The notes below the pieces were generated by a model. It ran no database searches. It was given only the letters and a program-made list of their open reading frames with translations, and was not told where the DNA came from. This document shows positions 27,641 through 37,816 of a stretch of 64,000 bases of DNA, piece by piece. The stretch is from Alphaproteobacteria bacterium. GTDB taxonomy: Bacteria > Pseudomonadota > Alphaproteobacteria > UBA828. Positions within the stretch are counted from its first letter, which is position 1, and every line of letters starts with the position of its first letter. The stretch spans positions 96,001 to 160,000 of the forward strand of contig CBDCRW010000005.1 in the NCBI GenBank assembly GCA_965221125.1, read 5' to 3'. The translations under genes were made by a program, and so were the position numbers.

Positions 27641-29301
27641 AGGCCACCATCGAATGGTTCGACGGCCGCGTCAGCGAGCTGGAATGTGCCCTGGACGAGG
27701 CCGCAGACGAGAGGCGGTGGATGGAGGCCGATCTTGCCGATCGCCCTCTGTTGCCCGTGGCCTTCGAACGACTGCGCACCCAGGAGAAGACGATCCAATC
27801 GCTCACCGAGAAGATCCAGTCCCTCTCCGAGAAAAACGAGCGGTTGCGGGCCCGGATCACGGACCTGGAGGCGACGGTTGCCAGGCACCGTGCGAGCAGG
27901 GCCGTGCTGTCCAAGGCACTGTTCGGCAGCAAGAGCGAGCAGCAGGAGAAGCCCAGCACGGGGCGCAAGCGCGGCCAGCAGCGCGGCGCTCCCGGCCACG
28001 GCCGTACCCCGCGGCCCGGGCTCGAGGAGCGCACCGACAAGCGCAACCCGCCCAAGGACGCGCGCGCGTGCTCCTGTTGCGGCAAGCCCTATGTCGCCAA
28101 CGGCGAGCACGTCTCGACCATCATCGAGATCGAGGTCAAGGCCCACAAACGCAGGATCGTCCGCCCCCGCTGGCGCCGGGGTTGCGACTGCCCGTCCTCG
28201 CCCCTGGAAGTGACGGCGCCCCCGCCGCTGCGCCTGTTCCCCAGGACACCCTACGGAACCAGCGTGTGGGCGAGCTTCCTCTACGAGCGCTACGCCTCTC
28301 TGCGGCCCCTCAGCCAGGTCTCCGCGTGGCTGTCCGGCCTCGGTCTGCCGATCGCTGCCGGCACCCTCGCCGGCAGCGTGGAGCGCTTCATTCCTGTGTT
28401 CGAGCCCGTGGCGGACGCGATCCTCGCGCACCAGAACCAACAGGCGGTCCGTCACGGCGACGAGACCGGCTGGCGTATCCAGTCGCTGCGCGAGATCGGC
28501 CGCTCCAACCGCGCGTGGCTGTGGAACTCGGTCAGCGAGGATGCGGTCTACTTCCACTGCGACCCCTCGCGCTCGGCCGAGGCCGCGAAGACGTTGTTCG
28601 GCGATACCGCCGTCGTCGTGTTCGTGGTCTGCGACCGCCTCTCCAGCTACAAGAAGATGGCGCGCGACCTCGACGGCAAGGTGATCCTCTGCTTCTGCTG
28701 GGTCCATCAACGGCGGGACTTCATCCAATGCGCGGCCAGCCACAATCGGCTGACGGACTGGTGCCAGAGTTGGATCGAGCGCATCGCCTCGATCTACAGC
28801 CTGAACAAGGCGCGGCTGCGGCATTACGACCCCGCTCTGGAGCGCCAGACGCCACAGTTCGACGCCGCACAGAGAGAGTTGGAGAAGGCCGTCGACAAGC
28901 TGTTCGCGGACGCAAAAGCGGAACTGGCCGGCCTGCCGGCCGGCTCGCGCGAGGCCAAGCCGCTGCGCTCGCTGCTCAACCACCGCGAGGGGTTGTGCGT
29001 CTTCGTCGACAACCCGCAGGTGCCCATGGACAATAACGCTGCCGAGCGGGCGTTCAGGAAAGCGGTCATAGGACGACGCCTCAGCTTCGGATCCGACAGC
29101 GAGGACGGCGCGAAGTTCACGGCAATCATGTACTCCGTCGTCGGCACCCTCGCCATGAACGGCATCGATGTCCGGCGCTGGCTGGAGGCATGGCTGAAGA
29201 CCTGCGCGAAGAATGGCGGCAAACCGCCGGACGACTTGTCGCCCTGGCTGCCGTGGTCGATGAGCGAGAAGCGAAGGCGCAAGTTCACGGCGCCGGGATG
29301 A
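27641..29301 (+). CDS. IS66-family transposase (TnpC-like), 3' part
   Basis: 'LFGSKSEQ', 'GQQRGAPGHGR', Zn finger 'CSCCG', 'HGDETGW', 'CWVHQRRDF' and 'DNNAAERAFRKAVIGRRLSFGS'. Confidence 0.93.
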
Positions 29302-30179
29302 CCGGCGCCATCGAGTGCCGCTACTACGGGCGCGACTTCACTTCGGAAGAGATGGCGCTGCTGCGCGCGCTCATCGCCGCCGACCCGCCCCTCAACCGCC
29401 ATGCCCTGTCCAAGGAGTTCTGCCGGCGCATCGGCTGGGTCAAGCCTGACGGCGGGCTCAAGGACATGATGGCCAGGGTCACCATGCTGGCCATGCACAA
29501 GGACGGTCTGATCACCCTGCCGCCGCCGAGATGGAAACCGGGTCCGCCAAAGCCCATCGTCTTCGGGCCTGACACCGAGCCGCCGCTCTTCCCCGCCCCC
29601 ACTACCCTCGATGACGTTCGCCCGCTCGAGATGCGCACCGTCGTGCGCAACACCCGGGAGGGCAAGCTCTGGAACGAGTTCGTCGCCCGCTACCACTACC
29701 TCGGCTTCAAGACCCTGGTCGGTGCCCAGATGCGCTACGCCGTCCACGGCCGCGACGGCTGGCCGCTCGCCATGCTCGGCTTCTCCACCGCCGCCTGGAA
29801 GCTCGCGCCGCGCGACAGCTTCATCGGGTGGACGCCCGAGAAGCGCGAGAAAAACCTGCCGCTGGTGGTCGACAACCCGCGTTTCCTCATCCTGCCCTGG
29901 ATCAAGATCCCAAACCTCGGCTCGCACATCCTCGCCATCGTCCGCCGCCGCCTGCCCGAGGATTGGATCGAGCGCTACAACACCACGCCCGTGCTCGTCG
30001 AGACCTTCGTCCAGAGGCCGCCCTACACCGGCGCCGTCTACAGGGCCTCGGGATGGATCCATGTCGGAACCACACAGGGGCGCGGCCGCTATGACAGATA
30101 CTCCCAAAGGGCCCTGCCGCAGAAAGACATCTGGCTCCGGCCCCTCCGAAAAGACTGGAAACGAGCACTCAACCGATGA
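29298..30179 (+). CDS. DUF4338 (DruA-like) domain protein, IS66 passenger
   Basis: 'RYYGRDFT', 'LWNEFVARYHYLGFKTLVGAQMRY', 'NPRFLILPW...NLGSHIL' and 'LVETFV...YTGAVYRASGWIHVGTTQGRG'. Confidence 0.88.
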   Translation: MTGAIECRYYGRDFTSEEMALLRALIAADPPLNRHALSKEFCRRIGWVKPDGGLKDMMARVTMLAMHKDGLITLPPPRWKPGPPKPIVFGPDTEPPLFPAPTTLDDVRPLEMRTVVRNTREGKLWNEFVARYHYLGFKTLVGAQMRYAVHGRDGWPLAMLGFSTAAWKLAPRDSFIGWTPEKREKNLPLVVDNPRFLILPWIKIPNLGSHILAIVRRRLPEDWIERYNTTPVLVETFVQRPPYTGAVYRASGWIHVGTTQGRGRYDRYSQRALPQKDIWLRPLRKDWKRALNR

Positions 30180-30550
30180 CATCTCGGTCCTCATCACGCA
30201 CCATCACCCGGTGACCGAAGGGATTCCAAGGTTCTGAATTTTCCTTCTGGTTTCGGGTGCCACATAGGTACCTATAGAACGCGAACCAGAGCGTACGATA
30301 TCGTACTTCTGACCACAAGGGAATTCACATAATGCACTGAATATAGTGCAATATCGTACTTCTCTCGTCTTCTAGGGCCATAACCCCAATACCATGGTGC
30401 GGTGCACGGGACGAGCCGCCGGGGGCAGGCTCTGCGGATGCAGCGCACGGACCATCGCCCTACAGGAAAGGCCGGGCCGGAGCGGCCCCGGGGAGCCGGC
30501 TCGTGGCCGGGCGCTCGTCCCGCGGCCCTCTGCCGCCGCCGGGACGGGTC

Positions 30551-30655
30551 AGCTTGTGCCACCTTGTGCCACTTTGTGCCACTTTGTGCCGCCCGTTTCG
30601 TGCCACCTTGTGCCACTTTGTGCCACTTTGTGCCGGCGTATGCCGGAATATCCCG
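30551..30655. repeat. 10-bp tandem repeat array (TGCCAC(C/T)TTG), two blocks
   Basis: TGCC recurs at 30557, 30567, 30577, 30587 and at 30601, 30611, 30621, 30631, 30641. The two blocks are offset by 44 bp. Confidence 0.9.
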
Positions 30656-30875
30656 CCTTAAAGCCTTTCCGTGCAAACCAGAACCGCTCTGAGCCGTATT
30701 GCTTCACCAGGGTCATGGTCTGCGCGTCGCTGCTGCCCGGCCCGCAGGGCAGGAAAGGCGCGCGTACCCGCAGGTCGCGACACAGGCCGTGACCTTGGTG
30801 AGAATTGCGGGTTAATCTCCGGCTGCAGCGCGGCCGGCCCCGCGCGGACTTATTCGGCTTATTCGGGAGACGCGC

Positions 30876-31844
30876 ATGGCGACGACGCACCGCACCAAGG
30901 TCCTGATCATCGGCTCCGGCCCCGCCGGCTATTCCGCCGCGATCTACGCCGCGCGCGCCAATCTTGAGCCGATCATGGTGCAGGGCCTGGAGCCCGGCGG
31001 CCAGCTCACCATCACCACCGACGTCGAGAACTATCCGGGCTTCGCCGACGTCATCCAGGGGCCGTGGCTGATGGAGCAGATGGCGGGCCAGGCGCAGGCG
31101 GTGGGCACCCGGCTCATCCACGACATGGTCGTCGCCGTGGACCTCGGCACGCGGCCCTTCGTCTGCACCGGCGACTCCGGCGACGTCTACATCGGCGAGA
31201 CCGTCATCATCTGCACCGGCGCGCAGGCGAAGTGGCTGGGGCTGGAGAGCGAGCAGCGCTTCATGGGCTTCGGCGTCTCGGCCTGTGCCACGTGCGACGG
31301 CTTCTTCTTCCGCGGCAAGGAGGTCGCGGTGATCGGCGGCGGCAACACCGCCGTCGAGGAAGCGCTCTACCTCACCAACCACGCGAGCAAGGTGACGCTG
31401 GTGCACCGCCGCGATGCGCTCCGCGCCGAGAAGATCCTGCAGGACCGCCTGTTCCGCAACGACAGGATCGAGATCCTGTGGGACCATGTGCTGGACGAGA
31501 TCGAGGGCGAGAGCGATCCGCTCTCGGTGACGGGGATGGCGGTGCGCCATGTCGGCACCGGGGCGGTGCAGCGGATTCCGCTCCAGGGCGTGTTCATCGC
31601 CATCGGGCACCGCCCCAACACGGAGCTCTTCGCCGGCCTGCTCACCATGGACGATGAGGGCTACATCCAGACGATGGCGGACAGCACGAAGACGAACGTG
31701 CCGGGCGTGTTCGCCGCCGGCGACGTGCAGGACAAGGTGTTCCGCCAGGCCGTGACCGCCGCCGGCACCGGCTGCATGGGCGCGCTGGAGGCCGAGAAGT
31801 TTCTCGCCGAGGCCGAGACGCCCGCGGCCGCCGCGGCGGAGTAG
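30876..31844 (+). CDS. trxB: Thioredoxin-disulfide reductase
   Basis: GSGPAG, 'GGQLTITTDVENYPGF', CATC active site, GGGNTA and 'FAAGDVQDKVFRQAVTAAGTGC'. Confidence 0.98.
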   Translation: MATTHRTKVLIIGSGPAGYSAAIYAARANLEPIMVQGLEPGGQLTITTDVENYPGFADVIQGPWLMEQMAGQAQAVGTRLIHDMVVAVDLGTRPFVCTGDSGDVYIGETVIICTGAQAKWLGLESEQRFMGFGVSACATCDGFFFRGKEVAVIGGGNTAVEEALYLTNHASKVTLVHRRDALRAEKILQDRLFRNDRIEILWDHVLDEIEGESDPLSVTGMAVRHVGTGAVQRIPLQGVFIAIGHRPNTELFAGLLTMDDEGYIQTMADSTKTNVPGVFAAGDVQDKVFRQAVTAAGTGCMGALEAEKFLAEAETPAAAAAE

Positions 31845-31870
31845 GCGCCGGGCGGGCGCCAGGCGTCGCG

Positions 31871-32761
31871 ATGGACTGGAATCGCCTCCGCATCTTCCAG
31901 ACGGTCGCCGAGCACGGCAGCTTCACCCGCGCCGGCGACATCCTCGAACTCAGCCAGTCGGCGGTAAGCCGGCAGATCGCGGCTCTGGAGAAGAGCCTGG
32001 GCGCGGTCCTCTTCCACCGCCATTCGCGCGGCCTGCTGCTGACCGAGCAGGGCGAGGCGCTCTACCGCACCGCCCGCGAGGTCTCGGCCAAGCTCGCGAT
32101 GACCGAGGCGCAGATCACCGATTCGCGGGACCGGCCCAGGGGCCCGCTGAAGATCACGACCACGATCGCCTTCGCGTCCGCCTGGCTCACGCCCCGGATC
32201 CCCACCTTCAACAGCCTCTACCCCGAGATCAACATCACCCTGCTCACCTCCGACGAGCTGCTCGACCTCTCCATGCGCGAGGCTGACGTGGCGATCCGCA
32301 TGATCGAGCCGACCGAGCCCGATCTCGTCCGCCGCCACCTGATGAAGGTCCACTCCCACATCTACGCCTCGCCGGACTACCTGGCCGAGTTCGGCCCGAT
32401 CGAGACGGTGGACGACCTCGCCCGCCAGCGCCTCATCATCTATGGCCAGGGGCCGCTCACCCCCATCGCCAGCCCCGACTGGCTGATCGCGATTTCGGGC
32501 GATCCGCGGGCCGACGGGCGCATCGTGCTGGAAGCGAACAACATATATTGCATGCGCGAAGCGGTGGAGAGCGGCATGGGAATCGCGGCGCTGCCGGACT
32601 ACGCGGTGTGGGGCAGCCAGCGGCTCCAGCGCGTGCTGCCGGACTATCGGGGGCGGCCCTTCGACGCCTTCTTCATCTACGCCGAGGAGCTGCGCTACTC
32701 CAAGCGTATCGGGGTGTTCCGCGATTTCCTGCTGGACGAAGTGGCCAAGTGGCGCGCCTAG
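31871..32761 (+). CDS. LysR regulator, LsrB/VtlR-like
   Basis: 'MDWNRLRIFQTVAEHGSFTRAG...LSQSAVSRQI...LFHRHSRGLLLTEQGE' and 'LDLSMREADVAIR'. Lies directly behind trxB, as lsrB/vtlR does in Alphaproteobacteria. Confidence 0.88.
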   Translation: MDWNRLRIFQTVAEHGSFTRAGDILELSQSAVSRQIAALEKSLGAVLFHRHSRGLLLTEQGEALYRTAREVSAKLAMTEAQITDSRDRPRGPLKITTTIAFASAWLTPRIPTFNSLYPEINITLLTSDELLDLSMREADVAIRMIEPTEPDLVRRHLMKVHSHIYASPDYLAEFGPIETVDDLARQRLIIYGQGPLTPIASPDWLIAISGDPRADGRIVLEANNIYCMREAVESGMGIAALPDYAVWGSQRLQRVLPDYRGRPFDAFFIYAEELRYSKRIGVFRDFLLDEVAKWRA

Positions 32762-32869
32762 GGCGCCCCTGTCATGCGTCAGGCGCATGGCTGATTTGCT
32801 TCCCGCACCCTAGCGCAAAAGAGTCATTGAACATACATATTGCGCCGCAGCATGACGCTCGCGTCGTGC

Positions 32870-33008
32870 GACGAGGATTGGCCGGGATGCCCATCTCGGC
32901 CCTGCGTCTTCAGGTGCAAGGCCTGAAGGGGGTCCTCGGATCCCACGTCTCCTAGACGTGAAGCCTCCCTGTTAGACTGGCCGGGTCTTCGGACCCGGCC
33001 TTTCTTTT
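32870..33008 (+). ncRNA. Candidate small RNA (suhB/MmgR-like, anti-SD CCTCCC) with intrinsic terminator
   Basis: Series of hairpins, then 'CCTCCCTGTTAGACT', then terminator GGCCGGGTC-TTCG-GACCCGGCC-TTTCTTTT. The 5' end is uncertain. Confidence 0.55.
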
Positions 33009-33027
33009 GTCTGCACGGATGATCGTC

Positions 33028-34206
33028 ATGGACTTCCTCCGCCCCGAAATCGCCGCCCTGGAGCAGAACGGTATCACCCGCGTGGCGCTGACGCGCATCG
33101 GCGACCCCGATGTGATCCCGCTCTGGTTCGGCGAAGGCGACGCCGTGACCGACGAATTCATCCGCGAGGCCGCCAAGGCGGCGCTCGATGCGGGCGATAC
33201 CTTCTACACCCACACGCGCGGCAAGCAGGCGCTGCGGGACGCGCTCAAGCGCTACCTCGACGGCCTCTACGGCATCGACCTCGACCCCGACCGCATCACC
33301 GTGCCGGGCGCCACCATGCTCGGCATCACCATCGCCGCGCAGATGGCGCTGAGCACCGGCGATCACGCGATCATCGTGGGCCCCGTCTGGCCCAACATCG
33401 ATGCCACCTACAGGACGACCGGCGCCGAGGTGACGTATGTGAGCCAGCGCCGGACCGACGCCGGCTGGCAGCTCGACCTCGCCGACGTTCGCGCAGCACT
33501 CCGCCCCCGCACCCGCTCGCTCTTCCTCAACTCGCCCTGCAACCCGACCGGCTGGGTGATGCCCGCGGCGCAGCAGGCGGAGCTGCTGGAGATCTGCCGA
33601 GAGCGGAACATCCTGCTGATCGCGGACGAGGTCTATCACCGCACCGTCTACGCGGGCGACGCAGCGCCCTCCTTCATGACGCTGGCCCGCGACGACGACC
33701 CGGTCATCGTCGTGAGCGGGTTCTCCAAGGCCTGGGCCATGACCGGCTGGCGCATCGGCTGGGTGGTGGCGCCGCGCCGGCACGCCGAGACGTGGGCGGT
33801 GCTCTCCGAGTGCTTCAACACCGGGGCGACGGTCTTCGTGCAGCAGGCCGCGATCACGGCGCTGGAGCAGGGCGAGGAGGCGATCGCCCGGCTGCGCGAT
33901 CAGTACGCGAGGGGGCGGGAGATCGTGGGGCAAGTGCTGGGGCGGTGTGCGCGCATCGAGCTCACGGCGCCCGAGGGCGCGTTCTATGCGTTTCCCCGCG
34001 TGCGCGGGCTCGCGTCGAGCCTCGCGTTCGCGGAAGGTCTGCTGGCGGAGGAGGACGTCGGCATCGCGCCGGGCTACACCTTCGGCCCCGGCAACGAAGA
34101 GTTTTTCAGGCTCTGCTTCGCGCACTCGCACGAAGGGCTCCGCGAGGGTCTCGAGCGGATCGTCCGCTACATCGAGCGCCACGATAACGAGTTCGATCCG
34201 GCCTGA
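33028..34206 (+). CDS. PLP-dependent aminotransferase class I/II
   Basis: 'LWFGEGD', 'NSPCNPTG', 'ADEVYH' and '[14 protein letters not shown]'. Confidence 0.93.
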   Translation: MDFLRPEIAALEQNGITRVALTRIGDPDVIPLWFGEGDAVTDEFIREAAKAALDAGDTFYTHTRGKQALRDALKRYLDGLYGIDLDPDRITVPGATMLGITIAAQMALSTGDHAIIVGPVWPNIDATYRTTGAEVTYVSQRRTDAGWQLDLADVRAALRPRTRSLFLNSPCNPTGWVMPAAQQAELLEICRERNILLIADEVYHRTVYAGDAAPSFMTLARDDDPVIVVSGFSKAWAMTGWRIGWVVAPRRHAETWAVLSECFNTGATVFVQQAAITALEQGEEAIARLRDQYARGREIVGQVLGRCARIELTAPEGAFYAFPRVRGLASSLAFAEGLLAEEDVGIAPGYTFGPGNEEFFRLCFAHSHEGLREGLERIVRYIERHDNEFDPA

Positions 34207-34283
34207 ATCGAGGAAAAGAGAAGGGAATTATATGGGGCTTCGGCCCCTCCGCACATCTTACCTGGTGCCCACCAACGACGTGG

Positions 34284-34739
34284 CTAAGCCGCCTCTCCGA
34301 TCGGCTTGTAGTGCTGCGGATCGCTCCCGTCGATCCGGATTGCCACTCCCGGAGCGCTGCTGTCTGCACTCAGGGCCATCATGTCTTCGATGGTCATATC
34401 GGATTCGATATCCAGCTTCTCCGCCGCCAGCAGCCTGACGATCAGCCTGACCTTGGGGTCAATCGTCTGGTCGCCGCGTTCCCATCGGGTGACGGTGACG
34501 CGGGTGTAGCCGAGCTTCTTCGCCAGTTCCCCCTGGGTCAGGCCCATCTCGCTGCGCAGGAAGCGCAACTCGGCCCCGGTCAGGTCGTGACCGTTGATGA
34601 GGGTGTGGGCGATCATCTTGTGAAGGCCCAGGATGTTCTCGATGCAATATACCTCGTCGCCGTGATCGTCCCTCTGAACGTCCACACCTTCGAGGTACAC
34701 GTTGTCCAGTCCGCATTCGGTGTATCGGTAACCCTTCAT
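34284..34739 (-). CDS. MqsA-like XRE HTH antitoxin
   Basis: 'YRYTECGLDNVYLEG...LTGAELRFLRSEMGLTQGELAKKLG...RWERG'. Confidence 0.85.
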   Translation of the reverse strand: MKGYRYTECGLDNVYLEGVDVQRDDHGDEVYCIENILGLHKMIAHTLINGHDLTGAELRFLRSEMGLTQGELAKKLGYTRVTVTRWERGDQTIDPKVRLIVRLLAAEKLDIESDMTIEDMMALSADSSAPGVAIRIDGSDPQHYKPIGEAA

Positions 34740-34770
34740 TCCGTTTTTGTCCTTTCCGGGTCAGGTCCTC

Positions 34771-35139
34771 TTATTTCCTGTCCACCCACATGATTGTGAC
34801 CACTTTTATGGTGGCGCTGGTCGGGCTAGGGATGATTACCAGCCTGACGGGGCGTCCATTCGAGTTGGGCGTCGTACACTCCATCTGGTACTTGAACAAA
34901 CCTTGTTGCGTGGCCGGTTCGGCCGTCTCGTACACAGTCCCCTGACGTAGAACGTGGAGAACGTCGCTGACCAGCAAACCCCTCTCTTGCAGGCGGTCCT
35001 TCGCGTGCCTCGTGAGCATGAGCTGAAGGGCCGGTGTCACCTTGGCTCTGATCCGACGGGTCGCGTCTGCCGGACGCCACGGTCTTGCTGGACGTGGCGC
35101 GATGTCTCCCTTCTCCTCACTCGTCATGCGCGACGACAT
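34771..35139 (-). CDS. DUF4258 (RelE/BrnT-like fold) putative toxin
   Basis: 'LTRHAKDRLQERGLLVSDVLHVLRQG...IKVVTIMWVD', upstream of the antitoxin. Confidence 0.8.
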   Translation of the reverse strand: MSSRMTSEEKGDIAPRPARPWRPADATRRIRAKVTPALQLMLTRHAKDRLQERGLLVSDVLHVLRQGTVYETAEPATQQGLFKYQMECTTPNSNGRPVRLVIIPSPTSATIKVVTIMWVDRK

Positions 35140-35351
35140 GTATCACAGCTATACATTCCACACGAGGAATTCCATGCCCGTTTAATCCTCCTGCTGACGC
35201 AGCCTCACGATCCAGCGGTAGCCGGCAAGTCATGGCGCGACAAGGTGTGGCGGGAATTGGTCCTCGTATCGTCGTGGATATGATTCCCAAAAGAAGAAGG
35301 CCGCCCCGAGCAATGCCTGGGCGGCCCTCAAGACGTCGCGTGGCCGCGGCG

Positions 35352-36344
35352 CTACATGTAGAGCGGCTCGGCCTTCAAATCGTCGTAGAGCGAGGCCACC
35401 TGCTCGCCGTAGCCGTTGTAGAGCTGGGTGGGCAGGCGCTCCTGCCCGTCGGGGCCGTAGAAGCGCTCGTGCGCCTGGCTCCAGCGCGGGTGCGGGACGT
35501 CCGGGTTGACGTTGGCCCAGAAGCCGTACTCGTTGCCCGCCAGCTCCTCCCAGAAGGAGGTCGGCCGCTCGTCCGTGAAGCTGAAGCGGACGATGCCCTT
35601 GATGTGCTTGAAGCCGTACTTCCACGGCACGGCGAGGCGGAGCGGCGCACCGTTCTGCTTCGGGATCGGCTTGCCGTAGTAGCCGGTGGCGATGAAGGAG
35701 AGCTCGTTGGTGGCCTCGGCCATGGTGAGGCCCTCGATGTAGGGCCAGGGATACCAGAACTGCTTCTGGCCCTCGGCCACGTCGTCGTCCTCGAAGGTCT
35801 GCATCACCAGGTACTTGGCATCGCCGAGCGGCCGCGCGAAGTCGATCAGCGCCTTCAAGGGGAAGCCGCTGTAGGGCACGGCGATGGACCACGCCTCGAC
35901 GCAGCGGTGGCGGTAGAGGCGTTCCTCCAGCGGCATCTGCGCCAGCAGGTCGTCGATGGCGACCGTCATCGGCTCTTCCACCAGCCCGTCGAACTCGACC
36001 GTCCAGGGCCGGATCTTCAGCGCCTGCGCCTTCTGCCAGATCTCCTTGAAGGAGCCGAACTCGTAGTAGTTGTTGTAGGTGGTCGCAAAATCCTCCGGCG
36101 TGAGCGCCCGGTCGAGGGTGTAGGCCGGGTTCTGCTCCACCGGGTAGAGGTGGGCCGAGGGGTCCTCCTGCTCCTCATCCGCGAGCGCCGCGCCGATTCC
36201 GCCCGCGAAGGGCAGCGCCGCGCCCGCCGCGAGCAGCGGGCCCGAGGCGAGCCCCTTGAGCAGCGTGCGCCGGTTCATGAACACCGATTCGGGAGTTGCG
36301 GCGGAGTCCGGCAGCTCCCAGCCGCGCTTGATCTTGATGAGCAT
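35352..36344 (-). CDS. msrP: Protein-methionine-sulfoxide reductase catalytic subunit
   Basis: Tat signal NRRTLL, 'YNNYYEFG', 'RHRCVEAWS', 'QNGAPLRLAVPWKYGFK' and 'ANVNPDVPHPRWSQA'. Confidence 0.96.
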   Translation of the reverse strand: MLIKIKRGWELPDSAATPESVFMNRRTLLKGLASGPLLAAGAALPFAGGIGAALADEEQEDPSAHLYPVEQNPAYTLDRALTPEDFATTYNNYYEFGSFKEIWQKAQALKIRPWTVEFDGLVEEPMTVAIDDLLAQMPLEERLYRHRCVEAWSIAVPYSGFPLKALIDFARPLGDAKYLVMQTFEDDDVAEGQKQFWYPWPYIEGLTMAEATNELSFIATGYYGKPIPKQNGAPLRLAVPWKYGFKHIKGIVRFSFTDERPTSFWEELAGNEYGFWANVNPDVPHPRWSQAHERFYGPDGQERLPTQLYNGYGEQVASLYDDLKAEPLYM

Positions 36345-36473
36345 CGAAGGCCCTCCGCTCCTGCCTGTTGCATCATGCCCGGCGCGCGTGCGCGCGGGCT
36401 CCTGCTATGACAGATGACACCGGCGGGCGCTCACGGCAACTCAACGCTGCGTGAGCGGCCCGTCAGGCTGCTG

Positions 36474-37727
<1,254 letters not shown>

Positions 37728-37816
37728 CTACAAGCGCTTGCGCGTCCCCGAGAGGTCGCGAGAAGGCGCAGCGTGCTAAGCTCCCCCAAACCGGACCGAG
37801 GAGCGCGTATCGCCTC

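Larger units (their letters stand above)
22273..30226 (+). mobile_element. IS66-family element (single transposase plus DUF4338 passenger), interrupted by a nested transposon
   Basis: 26-bp imperfect IRs GTAATCCTTCGGTCATAGAGTGATGG / rc GAATCCCTTCGGTCACCGGGTGATGG (20/26 identical). 8-bp TSD CAAGGTTC at 22265-22272 and 30227-30234. Confidence 0.9.

Noticed and set aside
29298-30179. Druantia defence system
   Set aside because: Only the DUF4338 domain is present. There is no DruE helicase or partner gene, and the gene lies inside IS ends.
30551-30655. CRISPR array
   Set aside because: Contiguous 10-bp units with no unique spacers, and no cas genes in the window.
30235-30870. tRNA/tmRNA integration target near the integrase
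   Set aside because: No cloverleaf or T-loop/CCA pattern could be identified by eye here or elsewhere in the window.
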